Shown in pieces: positions 36,587 through 48,865 of a DNA stretch of 61,684 nucleotides. A program made the position numbers and the translations under genes. The notes beneath the pieces are model-generated. The model made no database searches, was not told the DNA's origin, and was given only the letters and a program-made list of their open reading frames with translations. Source of the stretch: Octopus bimaculoides. Its lineage: Eukaryota. The first letter of the stretch is position 1. The number at the start of each line of letters is the position of its first letter. The DNA is taken from NCBI RefSeq assembly GCF_001194135.2, contig NC_069001.1:37788616-37850299 (forward strand), read 5' to 3'.

Positions 36587-39463
36587 AGGGATTAAGAAAA
36601 AGAAAAGAATGGGAACTTTAGCAGGAATTTAGGTCAGTGGGAGTTGGGTTTTCTCCAGGTTTTATGAGACACAAACTTCAATATTGATGTATATGCTCAT
36701 ACGCGTATGTGTGCAGTCATGCATACATAGGTGTGAACGCATGAACATGTACTTTTTGTACGTTTATATGCAAATTACACATTTGTTTGAAACAAGAAAT
36801 TGCTGTGAAAGTTTCACTCAGTGTCTGTTGAAGCATTTTCATTGTTGCATTAGGCTACTACCTCTTGTGGACAGACTGAAACTGGCATACGAAAGGTTGG
36901 GACTGCCACTGGCTCTAACGTATGGAGAAAGGATTGGGTTCCATTGCCAAGGTAAAAGTTTATATCTACACAGTGTATTAATGTAGAAGAAATGTTCACT
37001 GTTCAATGTCTACTGTTTATTTGCATATTCTTTCTTTCTTATTTCAGAAATATCAGATGACATTGGCATAAAATAATCTGAGTATAGAGTATCTTCAAAT
37101 ATCAACAAAAATTACATTTGTTGAAACTATAGCAACAAAGAATATTTGTTGGGAATAAACATTTAAGAATTAAAAGAAGGAAAACATCTCTGTTGAGGTG
37201 AGAGATGAAACATGATGGAAGACAAACTATGTGAGAACAAAGTTATACGTAAGACACAGTCTACAAGTATGGGATTCTCTGTTGGTGTAAAAAAACAAGA
37301 AGATAAAACATTATATACGGGAGAGGATGTGTATAGCTGTGATACAGGAGAGAAACCATATCATTGTGATATCTGTGGTAAATCATTCTCAAGAAATCAT
37401 CACTTAACAACACACAAACACATTCATTCAGGTGATAAACCATATCACTGTGATATCTGTGGTAAATCATTCTCTAGAAGTCATCATTTAACAACACATA
37501 AACACATTCATACAGGAGATAAACCATATCACTGTGATATCTGTGGTAAATTATTCTCACAGAACAGTCACTTAACTACTCACAAACGTAGTCACACAGG
37601 AGATAAACCATATCACTGTGAAATTTGTGGTAAATCATTCCCTCAAAATGGTGACTTAACTACTCACAAACGTATTCATTTAGGTGAAAAACCATTTCAC
37701 TGTGACATTTGTGGTAAATCATTCTCTCAGAAAGGTAACCTAATTACTCACAGACGTTTTCATACAGGAGAGAAACCATATTGCTGTGAAGTCTGTGGGA
37801 AAACCTTCTCAAGAGGTAGTTACTTCACTGCTCATAAACGTATGCATACAGGGGAGAAGCTATATCACTGTAATATCTGTGGCAAATCATTCTCTGGGAG
37901 TAGTTACTTTAATACTCACAAACGTATTCATACAGGAGAGAAGCCATATCGCTGTGATATCTGCGGTAAATCATTTTCTGGAAGCAGTGATTTAATTAAA
38001 CACAGACGTATTCATACAGGAGAGAAGCCATACCATTGTGATATTTGTGGTAAATCATTCTCTTTCAGTAGTAACTTATCTACTCACAAACATATTCATA
38101 CAGGAGAGAAGCCATATGACTGTAATATCTGTGGTAAATCATTCTCTCAAAAAATTCATTTAACTATACACAATAATATTCATACAGGAGAGGATGTGTA
38201 CAATTGTGATATGTGTGGTAAATCATTCTCAGCGCCAGGTCACTTAACTAATCATAAACGTATTCATACAGGGGAGAAACCATATCAGTGTGATATTTGT
38301 GGTAAATCATTCTCAAGAAATCATCACTTAACAACGCACAAACACATTCATACAGGAGATAAACCATATCACTGTGATATCTGTGGTAAATTATTCTCTC
38401 AGAACAGTCACTTAACTGCTCACAAACGTAGTCACACAGGAGAGAAACCATATCACTGTGACATCTGTAACAAGTCATTCCTTCAAAATGGTGACTTAAC
38501 TACTCACAAACGTATTCATTCAGGAGAGAAACCATTTCCATGTGATATTTGTGGTAAATCATTCTCTCAAAAAGGTAACCTAATTACTCACAAACATTTT
38601 CATACAGGAGAGAAACCATATTGCTGTGACGTCTGTGGGAAAACTTTCTCAGGAGGTAGTTACTTCACTAATCATAAACGTATGCATACTGGGGAGAAAC
38701 CATATTACTGTAATATCTGTGGTAAATCGTTCTCAAGAAATCATCAGTTAACAATACATAAACACATTCATACAGGAGATAAACCATATCACTGTAATAT
38801 CTGTGGTAAATCGTTCTCAAGAAATCATCAGTTAACAACACATAAACACATTCATACAGGAGATAAACTATATCACTGTGATATCTGTGGTAAATCGTTC
38901 TCAAGAAATCATCAGTTAACAACACATAAACACATTCATACAGGAGATAAACCATATCACTGTGATATCTGTGGTAAATCATTCTCACAGAACAGTCACT
39001 TAACTACTCACAAACGTAGTCACACAGGAGATAAACCATATCACTGTGATATTTGTGGTAAATCATTCCCTCAAAATGGTGACTTAACTTCTCACAAATG
39101 TATTCATGCAGAACAATAACTTCATTAGTGATGAAATCTGGCTTGCAGTAAATAAATTTGAATATATGGAATACTTGATTTTTGATCATCAGAATAATGT
39201 TTACATGTTTTAGTTTGTTCATAAATTTATGACTCTATGGTCATGCATTCACACCTATGTATGCATGAATGCACACATACGCGTATGAGCATATACATCA
39301 GTATTGAAGTTTGTGTCTCATAAAACCTGAAAAACAACCCAACTCCCACTGACCTAAATTCCTGCTAAAGTTCCCATTCTCTTCTTTTTCTTAATCCCTT
39401 AACCCTTTTCACACAAATCTGCCCAAAACTGTCCCAGGTTTTATGATATAAATTACTGCTTTA
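36522..39463. repeat. 223-bp inverted repeat (36522-36744 and 39241-39463) bracketing the ZNF-6 exon
   Basis: Arms are reverse complements with few mismatches, for example GGGATTAAGAAAAAGAAAAGAATGGGAACTTTAGCAGG against CCTGCTAAAGTTCCCATTCTCTTCTTTTTCTTAATCCC. Confidence 0.95.
37212..39119 (+). CDS. C2H2 zinc-finger protein ZNF-6 (21 fingers, 635 aa)
   Basis: Ungapped ATG-initiated ORF with 21 canonical fingers; acceptor AG at 37046-37047. Confidence 0.93.
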   Translation: MMEDKLCENKVIRKTQSTSMGFSVGVKKQEDKTLYTGEDVYSCDTGEKPYHCDICGKSFSRNHHLTTHKHIHSGDKPYHCDICGKSFSRSHHLTTHKHIHTGDKPYHCDICGKLFSQNSHLTTHKRSHTGDKPYHCEICGKSFPQNGDLTTHKRIHLGEKPFHCDICGKSFSQKGNLITHRRFHTGEKPYCCEVCGKTFSRGSYFTAHKRMHTGEKLYHCNICGKSFSGSSYFNTHKRIHTGEKPYRCDICGKSFSGSSDLIKHRRIHTGEKPYHCDICGKSFSFSSNLSTHKHIHTGEKPYDCNICGKSFSQKIHLTIHNNIHTGEDVYNCDMCGKSFSAPGHLTNHKRIHTGEKPYQCDICGKSFSRNHHLTTHKHIHTGDKPYHCDICGKLFSQNSHLTAHKRSHTGEKPYHCDICNKSFLQNGDLTTHKRIHSGEKPFPCDICGKSFSQKGNLITHKHFHTGEKPYCCDVCGKTFSGGSYFTNHKRMHTGEKPYYCNICGKSFSRNHQLTIHKHIHTGDKPYHCNICGKSFSRNHQLTTHKHIHTGDKLYHCDICGKSFSRNHQLTTHKHIHTGDKPYHCDICGKSFSQNSHLTTHKRSHTGDKPYHCDICGKSFPQNGDLTSHKCIHAEQ

Positions 39464-40074
39464 CAAGCCGTCTTTTGATCGGTTTACGACACTTAATATG
39501 TAAGTATCATTAATAGAAAGAACATCTACTCTGGATATGTTGTATCATTTTTCTACTATATCTGTTTGTTTTGATGTGTTCAAAGATAAAGGAGTGGAGT
39601 TATGACATAAGCACTTGCTAAAACCCCTCAAAACTTTTTTTTATTTTGACGAATTTTTACAAAATTTTTTTGATTCTGACTTCTGCATAATGGAATTAAT
39701 ACAATTATGCAAAAAAAAAAAGAATTTTAAAAAAATTCCCCCTCTTCCTTAATTCCAAAACTTTCCTTTGTTTTTCTATTTGTTTTTTTTTACATCATGG
39801 TTTTAAAATACAGAGTCCAAATCTACTGTTCGTTTCTCTTTATAATTTCCAAATAATTTTTTTAAATACTTCAAAATCAAAATTGAAAAAGTTTTAATCT
39901 CTCATGCACATGGCCTAAGAGAAAATAATTTGACCAGTGCAGAATCACGTGTTTGTGTAAGAGAAAATCATTTACTAACAGAAAATGATGTTATTAAAAT
40001 TAATTATTTTTAATATACTTTTAAATAATTGCAGATAAATTTTCACTATGTTCTTTAGAAGTGTCTTGTAGTTC

Positions 40075-40900
40075 TCCCAGGCACTGTCACATTGCATGCC
40101 ATAGTAATCTCTGTACATGGCCTCATCCACATGCATCCAGTGCATGTCTCCACTAGAACCACATATATACTTGAGTCTCCATTTGATTCATGCCCAGTAT
40201 GACTCCATGTTGTTTGTACGCTCACTAGCTATAGGATCTACAAAACGAGATGAGTGGGTCACTGTTTGATGGGTCTATCTCAGTCTGGATAGATTGTTAT
40301 AGCTGGGTCACATATCCGTAAAAATAGTGGAACCTGCTTCAACATTTTCAATAATGACTGCTTCTAATGTCTCTGCTTTTCGGTCAGGAACAAGTAGCAG
40401 GTAACCTTTTTTTTACAGTGTTATCATATGTTCCCAATATCCAAAACTTCTTCACTACTCTTCCAACTTCATTTTTCCTCTTAAAAAGAAAGCTTTCGTT
40501 TACCTGGACGATATGATTCGGGCTACCCAATTTCATCTTTCAACATCTTTTGGGTACATATTTCCCTGCAAAATTTGTACCACTGGATGGCTGCCTATCT
40601 GCTAATATTATTGATGGACATGCAGCTAGTCACTGGCATTTCACATATAAAGTCCAGGGTTATGTGAAAACTGAAGACTGTCAATTGACCTGTTTTTGAT
40701 AATAGTATTTTTCCTTGCAGACGCAGTCTTCTGGCAGTTGCAACAACAACAAATAACACCTTCCATCACGCGTTCAAATGACTGTAAAACCATTTGTCAA
40801 TAACAAATACACTGTTCTCATTCTGCTATAAGTGCGTTTTCCTTCAAAATCTGAAGAAAACAATCTCCCTGCAGTTTATGAAATAGTTCCACTTTCATTG
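40075..40900 (-). mobile_element. Decayed Merlin (IS1595/ISXO2-like) transposase
   Basis: Manual minus-strand translation: LQILKENALI..CCCNCQKTASARK, AAIQWYKFCREIC, LGSPNHIVQVNES, LVPDRKAETL..GSTIFTDM*PSY..HQTVTHSSRFVDP..TNNMESYW..VDEAMYR. Confidence 0.8.
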
Positions 40901-41219
40901 AGGATGTATCAAAGGTAAATTTCAAAACTATTAAAACTCCAACATATAAATATGGCAAATTAGAAAATTTAAGGAAACAGTTGTCAAGAAATACCTCATT
41001 TATCACCTGCAGTCTGTGACCATAAGTATGGCAGAACCAGATCCACCAGAGACTTACTACACTACCCACCTTATGTCTAACATAGGAATATCCAGACTAA
41101 GACTTTGTGTTTTGTAATGGCAAATGAATTAACATGTCTGTGTGTCTTTATAAATATTTGGTGAATCACCATTACATTGTGAAATATGGTAATGTTTATG
41201 GTTTGCTAATGAAGTCATA

Positions 41220-42279
41220 CAACATGGACAAAAAGCAAATTTGCACAATTTTCTTATTCCAGTTCAAGCTAGGCTGTAAAGCTGATGAAACAGCTCACGA
41301 TATCAACAATGTGTTTGGCCCAGGAACCAATGATGAACGTACAGCACAATAAAGTTTCAAGAAATTCCATTGTGATGACGTGAGTCTTGAAGATGATAAG
41401 CATAGTGGTCAGCCATTGGATGTTGACAACAATCAACTAAGAGCCTTAGTGGAAGTCAATCCACGCACAACTGTTCGAGAGCTTGCTTCTGAATTAGACA
41501 TAACGTATACGACAATTTCCAACCACTTGAAAGAGATTGGAAAAACAAAAATACTTGGGAAATGGGTGCCGCACAAATTGAATGACAACCAAAAAAAAAC
41601 GCTGTTTTGAAGTGTCGTCTTTCCTTCTTTTACGCATCAAAAACGACCTGTTTCTCAACCAGATTGTGACTTACGATGGAAAGTGGATTCTTTACAATAA
41701 TCGGCGATGCTCGTCTCAGTGGTTGGACGCTGACAAAGTTCCACGGCATTTCCTGAAGCCAAAGTTGTACCAAAAGAAGGTCATCCATCACTGCTTTTTG
41801 GATCCAGGCGAAACTATTACAGCGGAGAACTACTGTCAAAAAATTGATGAATTGCATAAGAAACTCCGACAACAACAGCCAGCATTAGTCAATAGAAAAG
41901 GACCAATTCTTCTCCACGACAACATTCAGCCGCATGTCGCACAACTGACCCCGCAGAAGTTGAACGAATTTGGCTACAAAACTCTGCCATACTCACCAGA
42001 CCTCTCGCCTACCGACTACCACTTTTTCAAGCATCTCAACGACTTTCTGCATGAGAAATGCTTCAAAAACCAAGATGATGCCAAACACGCCTCCAACAAC
42101 TTCATCGCTACCAGAACACAGGAGTTTTACGATACTGGCATAAATAAACTTGTTTCACGTTGGCAACAGTGTGTTGATTCTGATGGTGTTTATTTCGATT
42201 AATAAAATTTTCTTTGAGCCGAGATATGTGCATCTGAATTTAAAGGTTAAAAACTGCAAGAACTTTCTTGACAACCTAA
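41220..42279 (+). mobile_element. Decayed mariner (Hsmar1-like) transposon, 5' end missing
   Basis: WVPHKL, IVTYDGKWILY, LLHDN and YSPDLSPTDY motifs with a stop and a frameshift; 3' TIR ..AACTTTCTTGACAACCTAA|TA. Confidence 0.9.
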
Positions 42280-43649
42280 TAGCTTCAGTATCACAGTCTT
42301 CCTTCTAAGCATAGTTGAAGCCTATACAAATATTCTTCAGCTGTTGATTCCAAACTGAAATCTCGCATGTACATTAACCAACTAATTTATAGTGTCTAAA
42401 ACACAACCATATTAGTTAGAGACAGTGTCCTTAATGTGACATTGTGTGCCCGGACATGAATTTTTTTTCCCATGCGAGTTCTGGACTCTAGTTTTGAATT
42501 GATTTGCATCCAACCAATTAGAGCTCAACTATCAAGCTAGTCTATGTGCGCATAACAAGTGGTGGCCGATAAGATCAGATCACTTGGGTAAGGAATGACT
42601 ATGCTTTTCTCTTTTCATAATACATGTTCTTGTTAGGCATAATGTGAAAGCTGAATGGCATCTTTTTTTTCACACACTTTTGAAATAATCCTTCAACTCT
42701 TGTGGGAAAAATAATTTATCTGCCCTGATGCTGCATGCAGAATTGTTTTTGGGAGCTGAGTTGTCCCCACAATGGTCGCAGGCTGTTTATGCATAGGTGT
42801 TCACGAGTGATTCACAACTATCGATTGCAAATCGAAATATCACCTGCCAGTATTGTTTTCAAGCACTTCCTTGCCAACCCCCCAACCCCCACCCTTACCA
42901 TGTCATTTCTTTTGTGCAGGTTTCTCTCCTGTGGTGCCATTGAGCATGCCACAGGCTTGATTTATCACATAGATGTAGTTCCTTTGTCTGCTGATTGTAC
43001 AGCATGGTAGCGGCTGCAAAGGATAATATATCCACTATAATGCAAGCATTACATCAATTTAAATACAATGCCATCTTCAGTTGCAAGATATATGGATTTT
43101 CAGCAGACAAGATATATTAATATGTAATTATTCTGAAGTATTTTATCAGAGCTAGAAGATGAAAGAACTTCATGTTGCCACTATTGCAGCAAAAATAAGC
43201 TAAGAGAAGAACTACAATTTTGGTGTGGCATGGAATGGAACAGAGTGGGGTGGGGGTCACAGGATTATAATTAATTTCTTTTATCTATCTTATCCCCAAC
43301 AAAAGATCTGGGGCCAGGAGACTGCTTTTATTGAGAATTGTGAGTTGGCAGTTCAGCACTGGCTGCTGGTCATCAATAAACATTACCAGATGTTTCCCCT
43401 GTTCCTTAATTTCTGACTGCCATAAGGACCCCTCACCACAGAAAGAGAACAAACTTTAGAAGGAGTCAATTCAATAGTAGTAAATGCCCATAAATAATGC
43501 TCGTCATTATTTTCAGTTAAAGGGGCATACACTATGAAGCTTATACTGGGATCTAGGAAAATATTAAGGGCTCAGAGGGAAAAAGTTTGTAAACAAGGTA
43601 TCGCAAAAACTGTAATATTATGTATATCCTTCTTATTGAACATGATTCT

Positions 43650-44800
43650 GATATCTCTTTATAAATTTATTTAAATTTTACTTTTGAATGGCCTCTTGCC
43701 ATTTCTCAAGTATTGGGTTGGTGCATAATTATTGTGGCTTCTTTTCAACAAATTTTATTCAACAAAAACAATAACATGTAACAAAAACATCTTTAAATGA
43801 TTATTCCGGAGCATATTCACCATCTGCTTCGATTACTGCTTCCCATTTGCTTGGCAGACGGTTAGACCATCATTTAAAGATGTTTTTGTTAAATATTATT
43901 ATTGTATTTGTTGATAAAAAGGTGCAATAATTATGCACCAACCCAATAGCTTTTTGATTCTTCTTGAATAAAATTCAGCTGGTTTCGTCATGAAGAAGCT
44001 TTCCACATATGCCTTCACATGATCTTCATGAGAGCAGAAAATATGGAAATCAGTTGATGCAAGGTCTGGGGAATATGGTGGATGGGGTAGAACAGACCAG
44101 CCCAAATCCAACATTTTATCCTGCCCGATTCTTGCTGACTGTGGCCTTGCATTATCATGGAGAAGCCCAACCTGTATCCTATTGACAAGTGCAGGGCATT
44201 TCCTTACAAGATCTTCATCCACACGTTGCAGCTGGTGAGCATATTGGTCGGAATCTAGTGTTTGATTAGGGTTAAAAAACTCAAAATGAACAATATTGCA
44301 TGACCCCCACCATGCACACAACATAACCTGCCTTCCATGCAGCTCAACCTTTGAGGTAGGTTATGAAAGCTTATCCTTGACAATCCACTGCCTTTTGCAT
44401 TGAACATTGTCATAAAAGACCCATTTTCATCACCTGTAATGATATCATTGGGTAATGGGTTATTTCTCTGCCTTCGAAGAAGACTTGCTGCTACTGACAT
44501 GATCTTCCATATTCTTCTCACTAAGAGTATGGGCAACCGAAACATCCCACTTGCTGGCTTTTTCCTATCTTTTCCAGGTGGCAGCAGATGGTGGATTGGG
44601 ACATGTTGAGGTCAGCTGCTAATACCTAAGTACATCTAAATCAAAGTCTGATGAAAGACCTGGTCTGAGTTGATTTCTCAAGTACAAATCTCTGGAATGT
44701 AGGTTTGAAAACCAATTTCATATTTGCCAGTCAGTAATGTTAGCTTGATGACAAACATTGCAGCTTATTCCATTCTTAAACCTCTACATCACATGTCGAA
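43650..44800 (-). mobile_element. Decayed mariner transposon
   Basis: IITGDE, LCAWW, LLHDNARP and HPPYSPDLASTDF motifs. The C-terminus IKKL|LEKWQEAI is split by a nested MITE. Confidence 0.88.
43713..43946. mobile_element. Mariner-derived MITE nested in the mariner
   Basis: TIRs TTGGGTTGGTGCATAATTATTG at both ends with TA duplicated at 43711-43712 and 43947-43948. The interior carries a mariner C-terminus (NRLPSKWEAVIEADGEY). Confidence 0.9.
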
Positions 44801-45058
44801 CATCCATTTAGGGGAGTGAAATTAAACAATGATGTACATGCCTTCAATGCTGAAATACGAATGACAAATGAGGCTCTTGGACTGTACAATATCAACATTT
44901 GCCTCTCATTAGATTAATATTAAGTCTATTTACCCCAAACCAATGTGGTTGCTATCTATTAATCTCTCTCCCTCATCTAATATTCAATACATTCTCTTAT
45001 TACAATACAACCCTAGTCTTTCTTTCTTTCCTATCATGGCAACACATTGCTTCATCAT

Positions 45059-46110
45059 CATCATCATCATCGTTTAACGTCCGCTTTCCATGCTAGCATG
45101 GGTTGGACGATTTGACTGAGGACTGGTGAAACCGGATGGCAACACCAGGCTCCAGTCTGATTTGGCAGAGTTTCTACAGCTGGATGCCCTTCCTAACGCC
45201 AACCACTCAGAGAGTGTAGTGGGTGCTTTTACGTGTCACCCGCACGAAAACGGCCACGCTCGAAATGGTGTCTTTTATGTGCCNNNNNNNNNNNNNNNNN
45301 NNNNNNNNNNNNNNNNNNNNNNNNNNNNNNNNNNNNNNNNNNNNNNNNNNNNNNNNNNNNNNNNNNNNNNNNNNNNNNNNNNNNNNNNNNNNNNNNNNNN
45401 NNNNNNNNNNNNNNNNNNNNNNNNNNNNNNNNNNNNNNNNNNNNNNNNNNNNNNNNNNNNNNNNNNNNNNNNNNNNNNNNNNNNNNNNNNNNNNNNNNNN
45501 NNNNNNNNNNNNNNNNNNNNNNNNNNNNNNNNNNNNNNNNNNNNNNNNNNNNNNNNNNNNNNNNNNNNNNNNNNNNNNNNNNNNNNNNNNNNNNNNNNNN
45601 NNNNNNNNNNNNNNNNNNNNNNNNNNNNNNNNNNNNNNNNNNNNNNNNNNNNNNNNNNNNNNNNNNNNNNNNNNNNNNNNNNNNNNNNNNNNNNNNNNNN
45701 NNNNNNNNNNNNNNNNNNNNNNNNNTACCAGCGCAATCGTCTCTCTTGCACGCCACAACTGATGCTTCTAATGTTCAGCTTTTCTCTCAAGATACTTACA
45801 CTCTGACGGGTATTCACATTGACATTACACATCCAACGGAGCATACTGGCTTCATTCCTTGCGAGCTTACGTATGTCCTCAGCAGTTACAGCCCATGTTT
45901 CACTGCCATGTAGCATGGTTGTTCGTACGCATGCGTCATACAGTCTGCCTTTTACTCTGAGTGAGAGTCCCTTTGTCGCCAGCAGGGGTAAGAGCTCTCT
46001 AAACTTTGCCCAGGCTATTCTTATTCTAGCAGCTACACTTTCAGCGCACCCACCCCCACTACTAACTTGGTCGCCCAGATAGCGGAAGCTATCGACTACC
46101 TCTAGTTTTT
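45059..46110 (-). mobile_element. RTE-clade LINE 3' fragment
   Basis: FRYLGDQV..AWAKFRELLPLL..KGRLYDACVRTTMLHGSETW..MLRWM..RRLRW, ending in an (ATG)n tail at about 45059-45070. Inserted beside the shared flank block (46110-46470 matches 480-800). Confidence 0.88.
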
Positions 46111-47901
46111 CACTTCTCTGTGAATTTAAACTTCCTCTTATTTTTGCTACTTAATCCCTTTTATATCCTGATTGATGACCACTGACCTATAGAATGTATC
46201 TTTCCAAAACAGGATCTATAATCCACAAGGCATTGGAGCTTGTAATTTCTGATTCAAAAGAGTAACCAGTCATATATTTATATTCTTCCAAAACCTGTCC
46301 AGTCAAAATTAATCTTTCATAATGTAAAACACAAGCACTTGAGAAAGACTGATGCTGCAGCCATTCAGGATGTATTCTTCATAAAAAAAAAGAAGAAATC
46401 CAAGGGCAAATACTGTATAATTTTGTCAAGTATGTAAGATAACTGGCAATATGTCTCAGCCTCATTACAACCTCATCAACAAAGCATAGACACCGCTGTA
46501 CATCTCAAAGTAATGATGGGAGAATAGAGAAATGTACAAAAACTGTACACTGGTTACGGTGGAAAATGTAATATTGTTTAAAAAATAAATTACAAAGAGA
46601 CACCATCTGTATGAATGACAAAACAGTTAAGTCAGTATTTGAATATTTAATGAGAAAAGCAAATCATCATGACATAAGAAAATATAACATTAACCACTGA
46701 TTAATATTACATTATTTTAACATTGAAAAATACCTTAGGGATGAGAACCCAGGTTTGAAATTTCCCCAAGACACATGAAGAAGGCTGGAGGGTATATCAG
46801 CTGAAACGTGTTAACAACAAACAAGGTGAGGACAAATATCCGTCAAATGTAAATAATGTACATAATTCCTCATCTCTTCAATATAGAACTGCACTGTGGA
46901 CATGTTTGAGTTTTATGACTTCATTAGCAAACCATAAACATTACCATATTTCACAATGTAATGGTGATTCACCAAATATTTATAAAGACACACAGATATT
47001 TTTAATTCATTTGCCATTACAAAACACAATGTCTTAGTCTGGATGATCTTATGTCAAACATAAGGTGGGTGGTGTAGTAAGTCTCTGGTGGATCTGGTTC
47101 TGCCGTAGTGGTGGTCACAGACTGCAGGTGATAAATGAGGTATTTCTTGACAACTGTTTCATTAAAATGTCTAATTTGTCATATTTATATGTTGGAGTTT
47201 TAATAGTTTTGAAATTTACCTTTGATACATCACATCTTTACGACATAACCACCATCAACCTCTTGGTTACATCACATCTTTACTATATAACCACCATCAT
47301 TAGCATTTAATGTATAAAGTTATCTTATCGTTCATCTCTCATTCACTTCATCATAACCTATAATATCTAATATTTATTATCAAATAATGTCAACAAATTC
47401 TATAAATACAAAGTAAACAGCTTTGAAGATCAGTTTGGAAAATGTGTAACTTTTATCAGACATTGATCAAGTCTGTGAATTCTGTAGTTTATGGTTGTGT
47501 CAGGACAAGTTTTGGTTAAATGTTCTACATTTAAAAAAAACAGGAGAATAATTGAAGAGCAAAACATTTATTTCAATTTCAGATAATTAAGAATGTTTTC
47601 AATGTCTAAATGGTATAAATAAGCAAAAAGGATCCTCAGAACTTCTTCAGAGTCAGTAAAATCAAATATAGAAACAGTTGGAGTATCAAAGAGTGCAAAA
47701 TCCAAGGCAGCTTGGAAACCAGATATCAAATGATGATGATGGTGGTGATGATGACACCAGTCTATGATTTCTAACATTTTAAGTGATGTTATAACAAGAT
47801 TGAAGAGAATACGTGTCTCAGTTATTTACGCATAATGTCAAATACATCAAGTGTATACTTTCTCCCTTCCAAAAATATATCAGATGGAACACATGTATAT
47901 A

Positions 47902-47940
<39 letters not shown>

Positions 47941-48865
47941 GGAGTAAGAAAGCTTTCTTAAATGTATCACAGAGGAAAGTTACCTCACAGTAAAGATATA
48001 TTTATGTAACTATACAAAATATAATGTGATATCTTCTTAGAAAGGGGAATATATTTATAGTTTTANNNNNNNNNNNNNNNNNNNNNNNNNNNNNNNNNNN
48101 NNNNNNNNNNNNNNNNNNNNNNNNNNNNNNNNNNNNNNNNNNNNNNNNNNNNNNNNNNNNNNNNNNNNNNNNNNNNNNNNNNNNNNNNNNNNNNNNNNNN
48201 NNNNNNNNNNNNNNNNNNNNNNNNNNNNNNNNNNNNNNNNNNNNNNNNNNNNNNNNNNNNNNNNNNNNNNNNNNNNNNNNNNNNNNNNNNNNNNNNNNNN
48301 NNNNNNNNNNNNNNNNNNNNNNNNNNNNNNNNNNNNNNNNNNNNNNNNNNNNNNNNNNNNNNNNNNNNNNNNNNNNNNNNNNNNNNNNNNNNNNNNNNNN
48401 NNNNNNNNNNNNNNNNNNNNNNNNNNNNNNNNNNNNNNNNNNNNNNNNNNNNNNNNNNNNNNNNNNNNNNNNNNNNNNNNNNNNNNNNNNNNNNNNNNNN
48501 NNNNNNNNNNNNNNNNNNNNNNNNNNNNNNNNNNNNNNNNNNNNNNNNNNNNNNNNNNNNNNNNNNNNNNNNNNNNNNNNNNNNNNNNNNNNNNNNNNNN
48601 NNNNNNNNNNNNNNNNNNNNNNNNNNNNNNNNNNNNNNNNNNNNNNNNNNNNNNNNNNNNNNNNNNNNNNNNNNNNNNNNNNNNNNNNNNNNNNNNNNNN
48701 NNNNNNNNNNNNNNNNNNNNNNNNNNNNNNNNNNNNNNNNNNNNNNNNNNNNNNNNNNNNNNNNNNNNNNNNNNNNNNNNNNNNNNNNNNNNNNNNNNNN
48801 NNNNNNNNNNNNNNNNNNNNNNNNNNNNNNNNNNNNNNNNNNNNNNNNNNNNNNNNNNNNNNNNN

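Noticed and set aside
37330-39110. Regularly spaced direct repeats resembling a CRISPR array
   Set aside because: They are coding 84-bp zinc-finger units in a eukaryotic gene, with no cas genes.
36522-39505. Canonical circRNA cassette for ZNF-6
   Set aside because: The only donor-like site lies outside the right arm, so pairing would not juxtapose it with the acceptor. Kept only as a weak possibility.
43250-43470. Possible solo LTR on the minus strand (contains AATAAA)
   Set aside because: No TG..CA ends, TSD or second copy could be identified by eye.
47568-47777. ORF with a poly-His run
   Set aside because: It is the translation of a (TGA/TGG)n microsatellite with no other coding signal.
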